Shown here: piece by piece, positions 43,797-53,162 of the stretch | Layout of the letters: the number at the start of each line of letters is the position of its first letter | How positions within the stretch are numbered: position 1 is the stretch's first letter | Assembly: GCA_963823995.1 (NCBI GenBank) | Contig: CAWGNQ010000006.1 | Coordinates: forward strand, 503,685 to 567,684 | Reading direction: 5' to 3' | DNA from: an uncultured Acidobacteriota bacterium | GTDB taxonomy: Bacteria > Acidobacteriota > UBA6911 > RPQK01 > JAPXNP01 | Length of the DNA stretch: 64,000 bases | Made by a program: the position numbers and the translations under genes | Notes under the pieces: generated by a model | Databases searched by the model: none | What the model saw: the letters and a program-made list of their open reading frames with translations, nothing else | Told to the model about the DNA's origin: nothing

Positions 43797-44792
43797 TTAA
43801 TGTCCCCGGGGTGCAGTCACGATCGCGTTTTGAGTCACCGTTGGAATGATTCCAAGCAGACCGTAGCCGAGCGTTTTCACGGCGCTACCAGGAATAAAGA
43901 TGATGTCGTTGGGCCGGACGGGAAAATCGGGCTGCCTTCCCTGGAGGATGGCGGCAAAATCGACCTTCAGTTCCTGTCTGGAGCCGGAGGCGTTATACCG
44001 AACCAGCATTCCCTTGCTCATCTTTGCTGTTCGGGTCGGGCCGCCGGCCTGAGCGAGAGCTTGCGAAACCAGGAGTTTCTTGCCTTCCGGTATTTCGAAG
44101 GAACCCGCCTTCCCGACATCACCCACCACGAAGAAGAACTCGGTCTTTCTCTGCGGGACGTACAGGATGTCCCCTGCCTGAAGTTCCAGGTCGAGGTCGA
44201 GGCGTCCCCCTTCCAGGAGAGACTTGAGGTCGATCGGGATGATCCTGAACTGTTCGTTCGCCGACTGCTCGGTCTCCCCGGCAGGAGGACTCTGGCGTGG
44301 ACTTCTGGACTTCTGGCGGTAGAGGTAACCGGTCCGCTGTGCCACATCGTTGACTCCTCCCGCCATCGTGATCAGATCCATCACATGGAGACGACCGGTC
44401 GTCAGGTACTGTCCCGGCAGTCCGACTTCGCCGATAATGTAGACGGGACGGGCCCGGTACTGAGCGATGAGAACCTGTACCTGCGGATCCCGCACGAGCC
44501 CCTTCTTCTGAAGCTCCTCACGGATACTTGCGGTAAGTTCCGGTACGGTCATGTCGGTGACCGACAGAATCCCCAGGTGTGGGAGGTGGATCTTGCCGGA
44601 ATTACTGATCCTGACCGTCTTCGAGAGCTGATCCAGTCCCATCACCCTCACATTGAGCTGATCACCGGGCCCGAGTTGATAGTCTGCGGTCCGGACAGTG
44701 TCCGGCGGTGTCTCGCCCATTTCCTGGAAATTTCCGAGAGCAGCCGGGAGCTGCAGACAATAGGCGAGTGCAATCAGTAAAGAGAATCTCAC
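43797..44792 (-). CDS. Polysaccharide export protein, Wza/GfcE-like (Poly_export plus SLBB domains), paralog 1
   Basis: Signal; PGDQLNVRVMG (Poly_export PxDxL motif); SLBB repeats. The C-terminal 100 aa are ~70% identical to the upstream paralog. Confidence 0.75.
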   Translation of the reverse strand: MRFSLLIALAYCLQLPAALGNFQEMGETPPDTVRTADYQLGPGDQLNVRVMGLDQLSKTVRISNSGKIHLPHLGILSVTDMTVPELTASIREELQKKGLVRDPQVQVLIAQYRARPVYIIGEVGLPGQYLTTGRLHVMDLITMAGGVNDVAQRTGYLYRQKSRSPRQSPPAGETEQSANEQFRIIPIDLKSLLEGGRLDLDLELQAGDILYVPQRKTEFFFVVGDVGKAGSFEIPEGKKLLVSQALAQAGGPTRTAKMSKGMLVRYNASGSRQELKVDFAAILQGRQPDFPVRPNDIIFIPGSAVKTLGYGLLGIIPTVTQNAIVTAPRGH

Positions 44793-44862
44793 GAGTACCT
44801 CACAGTCCAGCGACCGGGCCGCGGCGCACCGATCAACACGATGATCAAGGGCGGCGACGTGA

Positions 44863-45933
44863 TCAAGGAATGACTCCGTAGATCAGTGCGCTTTGAGCGA
44901 TTCGCGGAATGACTCCGAGCAGGCCATATCCCACGGTTTTGGCCGTGCTTCCCGGGATGAATATGATGTCGTTCGACTGCACGTCGAAGTCCGCGTGCCT
45001 GCCGTTCAGGATCGCCGCAAAGTCAACGGGGAGCTCCTTACGCTCACCGGATTCGGAATAGCGCACCAGGATGCCGTCGCTCATCTTGGCGGTCTTGGTT
45101 GGACCTCCTGCCGAAGCGATGGCCTGAGTGACACGCAATTTGTGCTCTTCCGGGATCTCGAATGCACCCGGGCGGCCAACATCGCCCACGACGTAGCAGA
45201 GTTCGACCTTTCGCTCCGGAATCAGGATGACGTCGCCTGACCGAAGAGCAGGATTGGGCACGAGTAAACGCCCTTCCTTCAGCGGCTCGAGGTCGATTTT
45301 GATGACCTCCGTTCCCGGGGTCGTGCGCACGCTGCCGGGATCGATCTTTTCCGTCGACGGGGGAAGGGGAGCCTGCGTCTCTCCGCGCCTTTGCAGGTAT
45401 CCGTAACGATCGGCGGTGAAGTCAAGCCCTCCGGCGAGCAGTAGGGCGTCCATCAGATAAAGTTGTTGGGTCATCATATACTGCCCCGGGCGGTCCACCT
45501 CGCCCAGAACGTAGACGGGTTTCGCTTTGTACTCCACCACCGAGACGAGGACTTCAGGATGCTTGATGAGCTTCCTTTCGCGCAGTTTATCGGCGATCGT
45601 ATTTTCGAGTTCGGTGGCCGTCAACTCGGCGGCAGTGAGGGTCCCTATGAAAGGCAGGCTGATCTCTCCGGCGTTGCCCACGCGGACCGACTGTGCAAAA
45701 TTGTCGAGTCCGACGACTTCCAGGTCCAAAAGATCACCTGCTCCAATCCGGTAATCTGCCGACTCTCCCGGCAGCCGCAGAAAATTGAGCTCGCGATTGT
45801 TCTGCACCAGACTGTCCGGTCTCGTATAGTCCGGCGTGACCACGACCGGGGGCTCGTTGACTTGCGCCAATCCCGTTCCGGCAAAAAGCAGGAGGACGAC
45901 GAGGACGGGCGTCATCGTGCCGAGGCAGCGCAT
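44863..45933 (-). CDS. Polysaccharide export protein, Wza/GfcE-like, paralog 2 (tandem duplicate)
   Basis: The start is set at the internal ATG 45933 (MRCLGTMTPVLVVLLLFAGTGLAQ). IGAGDLLDLEVVG; the C-terminus GDVGRPGAFEIPEEHKLRVTQAIASAGGPTKTAKMS...IIFIPGSTAKTVGYGLLGVIP parallels paralog 1. Confidence 0.7.
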   Translation of the reverse strand: MRCLGTMTPVLVVLLLFAGTGLAQVNEPPVVVTPDYTRPDSLVQNNRELNFLRLPGESADYRIGAGDLLDLEVVGLDNFAQSVRVGNAGEISLPFIGTLTAAELTATELENTIADKLRERKLIKHPEVLVSVVEYKAKPVYVLGEVDRPGQYMMTQQLYLMDALLLAGGLDFTADRYGYLQRRGETQAPLPPSTEKIDPGSVRTTPGTEVIKIDLEPLKEGRLLVPNPALRSGDVILIPERKVELCYVVGDVGRPGAFEIPEEHKLRVTQAIASAGGPTKTAKMSDGILVRYSESGERKELPVDFAAILNGRHADFDVQSNDIIFIPGSTAKTVGYGLLGVIPRIAQSALIYGVIP

Positions 45934-46125
45934 GGAGAGCGGTTCGGCGTCCCCGTGTGGGAGACACCCCCGTCGCGCGTCGGTTGTGGGTTGATGGAGG
46001 ATGCCGATGCGACTCAGTGGAATTTTGGAGATCATGCCTACTTCGCTCATCGGAGAATGAATTTCAGTCATTATAGGAGCGCCTTTTCATTTGCTTCAAT
46101 AAATATGGGCCGGCAGGGTAGCGAC

Positions 46126-47109
46126 TTATCCCCACCTACGATAGTTGAAGATGACTTTGCTTCCATCCGATTCAAGGTGAAAAGGAAGTTCCTGAAGGCT
46201 GCTGAGTGCCGAACGCACTCCGTCCTGATGTTCACGCGGACAATAGATGAGCAGGAAACCTCCCCCGCCGGCACCGGTGATCTTCCCTCCCATGGCGCCG
46301 GCCCGAAGTGCCGCTTGATAGATCGTGTCGATGTCTCCGTTGGTGACCCGACTGGCCAGTTGCTTCTTCAGTTGCCAGGCGGAGTCCAGCAGGCGACCAA
46401 ACTCATCGAGCTCACCCGCTTCAAGGCATTTCCGGGCGGTCAAGGCGAGCGCTTTCAGCTCTCGCAAGACATCCATGCGTGACTCGATCTGCTGGACCTG
46501 TTCTGTGAGAATCGTCTCGGAGCGGCGCGTAACATTCGTAAAAAACAGCAGCAGATTGCGGTTAAGCCGACGTCCGAGGTTTTCCGGCAGGTTGAGAGAC
46601 TCGACCTCGATCTCTCCATTGGGCTGAAACCGGATGAACCTCTGACCCCCGAAGGCCGCGATGTACTGATCCTGATAACCGATCGGCTTGTGCAATGTTG
46701 CGATTTCGATCTCACAGGCCTCCCTGGCCAGTGATTCCGCGTCGCGCGTCACTCCGCGGTGCTGGTACATGGCATTGAGCAGACCGACGGTCACGGTGCT
46801 CGATGACCCCATCCCCGAACCGGCCGATGGGATGTCCCCCATGGTGGATATCTCGATGCCCTCTCGAACCCCCGTCTTCCTCAGGCATTCCCTCACCAGT
46901 TCATGCTGGAGCTCGTCGATGTCGTCGACCAGTTCGGTCTTCGTGTAACCAACCCGGATCTTTCGATCGAATCTCCTTTTAATGATTACGAAAATATACC
47001 GATCGACGGCCGAGGTCAGGACCCAACCTCCTTCCTTTTGAAAGAACTGCTCGAAGTCCGTTCCACCTCCGAAGAAACTGATCCTAAGAGGTGTCTGTGT
47101 GATGATCAT
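46126..47109 (-). CDS. GHMP-family sugar kinase (D-glycero-D-manno-heptose-7-phosphate kinase HddA-like)
   Basis: [13 protein letters not shown] (N-terminal HddA-like), [18 protein letters not shown] (GHMP ATP-binding motif) and [16 protein letters not shown]. Confidence 0.7.
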   Translation of the reverse strand: MIITQTPLRISFFGGGTDFEQFFQKEGGWVLTSAVDRYIFVIIKRRFDRKIRVGYTKTELVDDIDELQHELVRECLRKTGVREGIEISTMGDIPSAGSGMGSSSTVTVGLLNAMYQHRGVTRDAESLAREACEIEIATLHKPIGYQDQYIAAFGGQRFIRFQPNGEIEVESLNLPENLGRRLNRNLLLFFTNVTRRSETILTEQVQQIESRMDVLRELKALALTARKCLEAGELDEFGRLLDSAWQLKKQLASRVTNGDIDTIYQAALRAGAMGGKITGAGGGGFLLIYCPREHQDGVRSALSSLQELPFHLESDGSKVIFNYRRWG

Positions 47110-47289
47110 CGCAGATGCCTCTCTATGGGTGCGTCAGCGACCGAAGAAGGACCCGAAATCCTGGACCCCGAGTCTCCCGTTGTCGGTTGGTCGACGAGAC
47201 ACGAGATGCGTGTGGGAATGATCACAACGCTCTGGCGTTCTTGTATGCTAAAAATGCCTTTCTCGAAACCAGAGATCGGATGTTCAGCC

Positions 47290-49479
47290 ATGCCAGTTCG
47301 CCTGCTCACCAGCGCTTTGATTGCCTGGGTCACGCTATCCATTCCCTTGTTCGGAGGGACCTATTATGTCGCACCGGTCGGCTCGGACGGGTCTGCAGGA
47401 ACGAGCCTTCAGCCGTGGGCTACGTTCGAACGTGCATGGCAGACGATTCAGCCTGGCGATACACTGGTCCTCAAGGATGGGACTTACTACCAGAGCCTCG
47501 AACCACCCCTCGGAGGGACTTCGGCCGCACCGATCACGATCAGGGCCGAACACGAAGGAATGGCCGTCATCGACGGGCAGCACCAGCGGACACCCATACT
47601 GCTGCGAAATTACAGGGGTGCTGACTACTTTGTCGTGGAGGGGCTGGTGGCCAGGAACGGGTCCATTCCGCCCCTGCCCCAGTGCGTCATCTGCATCGAG
47701 ACAGACCACAATGTCTTTCGCCGGGTCTCTGCCTACAACGCAGCGACTGACTACAACACGACAGTTATCAGTCTGGGGAGTTCCGCCGACCACAACCTTG
47801 TCGAAGACTGTGTTGCGGCCGGCTCCGGTCGCAAGATGATCAACATCTATAAGGGGCACGACAACACGATTCGTCGTTGTCTGGCCTACTGGACCGGCTG
47901 GAACGGAGGCGAGAGCTGCCAGGACTGGCCCAATGGGGGCAACATCCACATCTACAATGCCAGCGACAACATCATCGAAAACTGCATTGCCATCGGTCCG
48001 GTGGGAAAATGGTCCGTGCTGGTCCAAGCGAACGCCGATCAGGCCGTCGCAGTCGGGAATCGGGTGCTGGGTACCATAGCTATCGACGCCGGGGTGGATC
48101 CGGACGGTTCGGTCATCGTGTGGCCGCGCACCCGCCCCCAGCCGACCATGTGCGATCCTGCGAAGGTCATCGATTTCGAGAACTGGCCCGAACACAGGGT
48201 CGGCTTCCGGCTCCATGGGCAAGGACTTGCCGAAGTCCGGAACAATACATTCCAAGATGTCTTCGCCTGGCGGAACGGAAGCCACGGCTTTTCGGTTCAG
48301 GTATCCAGCAATTTCTCCAACAACAGGCTCGTGCGGGCCACGCTGGTTTCGAACGGACTGGGGCTCTCCACGAAAGGAGGCGGCACCGGTACGGACGTCC
48401 TCTCGGAAGATCTGGCCAACGTCTCGGTGACCGATTGCTGGATTGGCACCATTCGAAATGGAAACGGCGTCGATGAACCTCCTCGAAGGGGAAGCGGAGC
48501 CAAACTGACGCATCGTTACGTGGACGGAGTGCTCATGGACGGATCCACGGGACAGCCGCCGCAACCCCTTTGGCCTTGGCCGATGGAAAGCCGAACTCGC
48601 AAGGAACTGGGGATTTCGGTGACAAACCTTATCGCGAGTGCGATTCCCTCCCAGGTCTCCCCAACCTCCGATCGGCCGTTCAGCAATCTCTCGCTGGCGA
48701 CCCGGTTCCATTCGTTTGGAACGGCTGTGGCTGGAACGGCGGTGACCGACGCAATCAGGCTCGAGAACCAGGGCACGGAGTCGATGGTGGTCACAGGGTA
48801 CGACTTCGAAAACGCTTCGGGGGCCTTCGGTGTGGCGAACGGCACCTGTCCGCCGCCTCCTTTCTCTCTGGAATCCAACGGTTCTTGTTCCTTGGACTTC
48901 TCGTTCGATCCCCTTACGGACGGTCCGGCGGCAGCCTCTTTTTCCGTCCAGTCGCCCGATCTTTCTCCTTATCCCGGACCACCCGAGGTCTATCTTTCCG
49001 GAATCGGCAGAAAACAACCTCTGTCCGAAGATGTTCCGGGGAAGATCGAAGTCGAACATTTCAGGAACTCCGGGGGCAACTTTCGGCTCAGCCCCACCGC
49101 CGACGGTGGCACCCTGAAACTGTCGAACATTGCGGCCGGCAGTTGGACGGAGTATGAGGTGGATGTTGCCGTCGACGGCAATTATGCTGTGTCCGTTCGG
49201 GCGGCTTCGGGAATGAGGACCGGTGACAGACGATTGGATATCCAGGTCGACGGAACAACGCTCGGTTCGTTTTTTCTGCCGTTCACTGGAGGCTGGGAAG
49301 ACTTCGCGGACAGCGCGATTGCGATGATCCACCTGCACGCCGGCAAGCACGTCTTGCGAATCCTGATGCAGACGGGCGGTTTCGATGTCAATTACATTTC
49401 CCTTTCCTTGCCTGCCGCCTCGGCGCCGACAAGTCCGCGGCGGTTGCGGTTCCGGGATTTCGGTGAAGGGGGAGAGTAA
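47290..49479 (+). CDS. Secreted right-handed parallel beta-helix protein (pectate-lyase-fold polysaccharide lyase/hydrolase candidate) with a C-terminal CBM6-like domain
   Basis: The start is set at ATG 47290 (MPVRLLTSALIAWVTLSIPLFGG). Repeated NxxxNC / GxxxIxN rungs (HDNTIRRCLAY, SDNIIENCIAIG, SNNRLVRATLVSNG). C-terminal YEVDVAVDGNYAVSVRAASG...VDGTTLGSFFLPFTGGWEDFAD is typical of CBM6/35. Enzyme activity is an inference. Confidence 0.5.
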   Translation: MPVRLLTSALIAWVTLSIPLFGGTYYVAPVGSDGSAGTSLQPWATFERAWQTIQPGDTLVLKDGTYYQSLEPPLGGTSAAPITIRAEHEGMAVIDGQHQRTPILLRNYRGADYFVVEGLVARNGSIPPLPQCVICIETDHNVFRRVSAYNAATDYNTTVISLGSSADHNLVEDCVAAGSGRKMINIYKGHDNTIRRCLAYWTGWNGGESCQDWPNGGNIHIYNASDNIIENCIAIGPVGKWSVLVQANADQAVAVGNRVLGTIAIDAGVDPDGSVIVWPRTRPQPTMCDPAKVIDFENWPEHRVGFRLHGQGLAEVRNNTFQDVFAWRNGSHGFSVQVSSNFSNNRLVRATLVSNGLGLSTKGGGTGTDVLSEDLANVSVTDCWIGTIRNGNGVDEPPRRGSGAKLTHRYVDGVLMDGSTGQPPQPLWPWPMESRTRKELGISVTNLIASAIPSQVSPTSDRPFSNLSLATRFHSFGTAVAGTAVTDAIRLENQGTESMVVTGYDFENASGAFGVANGTCPPPPFSLESNGSCSLDFSFDPLTDGPAAASFSVQSPDLSPYPGPPEVYLSGIGRKQPLSEDVPGKIEVEHFRNSGGNFRLSPTADGGTLKLSNIAAGSWTEYEVDVAVDGNYAVSVRAASGMRTGDRRLDIQVDGTTLGSFFLPFTGGWEDFADSAIAMIHLHAGKHVLRILMQTGGFDVNYISLSLPAASAPTSPRRLRFRDFGEGGE

Positions 49480-49614
49480 CCGGAAGTGGGCTTGACCGTG
49501 ATGACGACCTCCGATCCTGTCTTGGTTTTCTGCAACCGCATGACCAGCCTGATGCGTTTCCGGCATCGGAACGGGAAGGCGGCGGGCAGGGTCCGACGCG
49601 GATCGCGCCACCAG

Positions 49615-52095
49615 ATGCCCGCGATCGCCTTTCTGACGGTTGTCAGCCTGTCCACGATCGGCTTGTCGGCACCGGTTCTGAGCTCCGTCGAATCCGCCGG
49701 CGACGTGGGGAGGTTCGAGAAGTTCGAGGTGACATTCCAAGTGACCTCCACAGTCGCCCAGAACCTCCAGTGGCCTTATGACGGTGCGCCTCCGCGTGGC
49801 GTCGAAGAAGGCGTCGGAATCTCGGTCGATGCTCTCTTCACTCCCGACGGCTGGCAGACGGTCTACAGCCAGCCCGGTTTTCTCTTTCGAGACTTCGTCG
49901 ACGAGATCCGGGACGGCAAGGCCTGGCTCTATCCCACGGATCGAACCTCCTGGAAGGTCCGTTTTGCACCCGATCGGACTGGAAGTTGGCAATTCAAAAT
50001 CCGGGTGACAGACGCGTCGGGAACGGTCGTGAGTGGACCCCGCTCCTTCAGCGTTCACGACTCTCCGAGTCCCGGTTTCCTCCATGTCAGCACCGCCGAT
50101 CCACGGTACTTTGAATTCGATGACGGAAGCCCCTTCGTCGGATTGGGCTTTCAAGGATCGAAGTTGACAGAAGCCGATTTCCAGAAGATGAAGGAAAACG
50201 GCATCCAACTCGTTCGTGTCTGGCTCGGGCCGCTCTCGATCTTCGGTTCCCAGTGGAATCCCTACTACGAGATCCGGAATACGTACCTGGGGTACGTTCC
50301 CAGGGCGGGAGTGCTTCCTTTCACGGACGACGTCACCGGCCAAACGTCGATCAAATTGAGAATCGACTACGAGCCGGCCGGCAACAGTGGTTGGTTCGAC
50401 GCTTGCCGCGTGATCGGCTACTGGGGCACTCCAACGGAAGTCAAGCCGCACACACGCTATCGGATCCAGGTCACTTACCGAGGCTTCAATATCGAGGGGC
50501 CGAGGGATCCCTCGCATCCCGCGTTCGGACTGGTCGTGAAAACGGATGTGGCTTCTTCGGACTTCCAGCGCTCGTTCGACGGCGGCATAGGACGAACGCT
50601 GACGAACCATGGCCAGAACGCGCCCGACGCCTGGAATGTTCTGGAAGGCAGTTGGGATTCGGGGAGCCGGAACTTCCTGCCCAAGTTTTTCATGGTGCTG
50701 GAGAATGTTAGGAATGGACAGGTTTACATCGATCGATTCTCGATGCGCGAGGATCTGGGCGACGGAAGTCTCGGTCCCGAGATCATGCACAAGCCTTCGA
50801 TGCAGCACCTCCACTACTTTCAGCAGCGGAACTCGTTCTACCTGGACAAGGTCGTCGCCTGGGCCGAGAAGTATGGGGTCTATCTCAAGCTCGTCGTGCT
50901 CGAGAAGGGCGAGAAGATCATGAACAAGATCGACTTCAACGGCGAGTTTGCGCAGGACGATGAACAATTTTTCTATGGCAACTATCGAGAAGTCACCAAA
51001 GTTCGTTGGCTCCAGCAGGCCTGGTGGCGATATCTGCAGGCGCGGTGGGGTTACTCGCCGAGCATCCATTCGTGGGAGCTCTTGAACGAGGGCGATCCAG
51101 TCAACGCTCGGCACTACGCTCTGACCGACGAGTTTGGCAAATACATGCACTGCAGGGTCTTTGGCGCTCCGGTCGGATCGGGCGACGCATCCCGATGCAC
51201 CTATCAGCATCCCGACAGCCACCTGATCACAACGTCCTTTTGGCATTCGCTTCCGGCGGATCGATTCTGGTCGAACTCGGCCTATCCGAATGTCGATTAC
51301 GTGGACCTGCACGCCTACATCAGCACCGGATGGATCACCGATCCGGAAATCGAGACCGACGCCGCGCGCTACCATCTCGCCTACAGCAAGGAGGCCCGCG
51401 AAAACGTCGACTACTACGCGGAGCGGAATGGTCTGGCAACCAAGCCGATCATCCGCGGAGAGGCGGGAATCGACCGCCTCTCCGTACAGCAGGAGAATCC
51501 AAAGCTGGCACAGGACCGGCAGGGAATCTGGTTGCACAATCTCACGTGGTCTCAACTCGACGCCGGGGCCATGCTGGAGCTGTATTGGTGGGGACAAAAT
51601 CGCGAAACCCTCGAGGGACCGGACGGCAAACCGGGGCTTTATGAGATCTATCGGACGTTTGACCATTTCGTCCGGGACGTACCTCTCAACAATGGCCACT
51701 ATCACAGCATCTCGTTGCATTCGTCGAACGACCAGTTGCGTGTGGAGGGTCAGCAGGACGATCAGGCGGGCCGTGCACATCTGTGGATCCAGAACAAGGC
51801 GCACACCTGGAACAAGGTCGTTGACGGAGTGGCCATCGCACCCGCCTCGGGCAACCTGCAACTCGATGGCTTTGCCGCAGACGGTTACTATCGCCTTACC
51901 TGGTTCGATACCTATTCGATCGCCGCGGATCCAACTCCGACGCGGGTCGAGACCATTCAGGCATCCTCCGCAGGTGTCCTCACGATTCCGATCGTCAGTC
52001 TCGTGTCGGACGTTGCCCTGAAGATCTCCGGGGGGCAGCCCGTGCCGGAGGGTACACCGGCGCGCCCCAAGAATTTGCGGGCGTTCCGCCCCTGA
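49615..52095 (+). CDS. GH5-like TIM-barrel glycoside hydrolase with an N-terminal DUF5060-type beta-sandwich
   Basis: The start is set at the internal ATG 49615 (MPAIAFLTVVSLSTIGLSAPVLS). WKVRFAPDRTGSWQF (DUF5060-like), then a barrel with NGIQLVRVWL, WELLNEGD and YVDLHAY, consistent with a clan GH-A fold. Family is an inference. Confidence 0.5.
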   Translation: MPAIAFLTVVSLSTIGLSAPVLSSVESAGDVGRFEKFEVTFQVTSTVAQNLQWPYDGAPPRGVEEGVGISVDALFTPDGWQTVYSQPGFLFRDFVDEIRDGKAWLYPTDRTSWKVRFAPDRTGSWQFKIRVTDASGTVVSGPRSFSVHDSPSPGFLHVSTADPRYFEFDDGSPFVGLGFQGSKLTEADFQKMKENGIQLVRVWLGPLSIFGSQWNPYYEIRNTYLGYVPRAGVLPFTDDVTGQTSIKLRIDYEPAGNSGWFDACRVIGYWGTPTEVKPHTRYRIQVTYRGFNIEGPRDPSHPAFGLVVKTDVASSDFQRSFDGGIGRTLTNHGQNAPDAWNVLEGSWDSGSRNFLPKFFMVLENVRNGQVYIDRFSMREDLGDGSLGPEIMHKPSMQHLHYFQQRNSFYLDKVVAWAEKYGVYLKLVVLEKGEKIMNKIDFNGEFAQDDEQFFYGNYREVTKVRWLQQAWWRYLQARWGYSPSIHSWELLNEGDPVNARHYALTDEFGKYMHCRVFGAPVGSGDASRCTYQHPDSHLITTSFWHSLPADRFWSNSAYPNVDYVDLHAYISTGWITDPEIETDAARYHLAYSKEARENVDYYAERNGLATKPIIRGEAGIDRLSVQQENPKLAQDRQGIWLHNLTWSQLDAGAMLELYWWGQNRETLEGPDGKPGLYEIYRTFDHFVRDVPLNNGHYHSISLHSSNDQLRVEGQQDDQAGRAHLWIQNKAHTWNKVVDGVAIAPASGNLQLDGFAADGYYRLTWFDTYSIAADPTPTRVETIQASSAGVLTIPIVSLVSDVALKISGGQPVPEGTPARPKNLRAFRP

Positions 52096-52130
52096 CCATG
52101 AGCGTGACGTTCCAGTGGCGACTGAGAACG

Positions 52131-53162
52131 TCATGACTCCGCTGCGGACAGGAGGATCTCTAGGATCCTGCGCCGCATCTCTTCCAACTCGAACTTCTCC
52201 TCGACGATTTCCCGCAGCCGGTCGCGATGTGCCTGCCGGTCGGCATCCGTTGAGTGAACGTGCCGGGTGATCTTCTCGATCAGTTCCGATTCGGTCGCAT
52301 AGACGTATTCCGACGGCAGGATCTCATCGACACCGTCCCAAAAATGAGCCAGACAATGGCAGCCGGACGCCATCGCCTCGACCAGGGCATTCTGTTGCCC
52401 TTCCCAGTAGCTGTTCGAGATGAAGATGTCGATGTCCCGGAACCAGGCTACTGGGTCGGTCACCCATCCGTGGAAGACGACCGAGTCCGTCAGGTCCAGC
52501 CGTTTGATGGCGCCCTTCACGCTCGTGAAATAGCGTTCATTCTCTCCGCCGGGCCTGGGGTCACCGCCCAGATGGAGCCGCAGATGGAAGCCGCGTCTGT
52601 GGAGTTCCGCAAGCGAGAGAATCATTTCATAGACTCTCTTGATCGGAACCAGGTCGCAGAGCATTCCAAGATTGCCCCGAAACGTCCGGCTCTTCGAATC
52701 GATGGCGGGAAGAACTTTCCCGCAGGGGACGACGGACGTACTCGTGGAGTTGGGAAGGCGGCTTCGAAAATTCCGCTCCATCGCCCGACTCACGAGAATT
52801 ACGCGGCTGACGCGGTCCCAGCGCACGTGACCGGCAAACTCGAATAGCTCCCAAGAATGAAGTCGTGTGATGAGCGGCGTTGTTGACGACACCAGGGAGG
52901 CCTCAATCAGGAGGCGTCCAGCCCATTCGAAGAAGACCACATCATGGCGGCGAAGAAACGAACGAAGCTCCCGCCCCAGCCGCCAACGGTTGATTCGGGT
53001 CTGAGCGAGAGGTGGATGCCAGTCGTCGAAAGAGAACACGTCGACCTCGAAGTAGCGCCGCCAGTCCTCAAGGAGGTCCCCGATGAAACGCCGGTTTCCA
53101 TCGATTACGACGCCAAGTTTCAGCAGCGGGCCGCCTCCCGATCCACGAACAGTCTGTTCCAC
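52131..53162 (-). CDS. GT4-family glycosyltransferase
   Basis: The start is set at GTG 53162 (MEQTVRGSGGGPLLKLGVVIDG). The ORF as listed (to 53327) has an Arg-rich N-terminus that overlaps asnB and is unlikely to be real. EGQQNALVEAMASGCHCLA is the GT4 EX7E region. Confidence 0.65.
   Translation of the reverse strand: MEQTVRGSGGGPLLKLGVVIDGNRRFIGDLLEDWRRYFEVDVFSFDDWHPPLAQTRINRWRLGRELRSFLRRHDVVFFEWAGRLLIEASLVSSTTPLITRLHSWELFEFAGHVRWDRVSRVILVSRAMERNFRSRLPNSTSTSVVPCGKVLPAIDSKSRTFRGNLGMLCDLVPIKRVYEMILSLAELHRRGFHLRLHLGGDPRPGGENERYFTSVKGAIKRLDLTDSVVFHGWVTDPVAWFRDIDIFISNSYWEGQQNALVEAMASGCHCLAHFWDGVDEILPSEYVYATESELIEKITRHVHSTDADRQAHRDRLREIVEEKFELEEMRRRILEILLSAAES

Noticed and set aside
47335-52134. 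1599-aa minus-strand ORF, the largest in the track
   Set aside because: It is antisense across two strongly supported plus-strand genes (beta-helix/CBM6 and GH5-like). It is Arg/Gly-rich with no domain. It is a GC-rich open-frame artefact.
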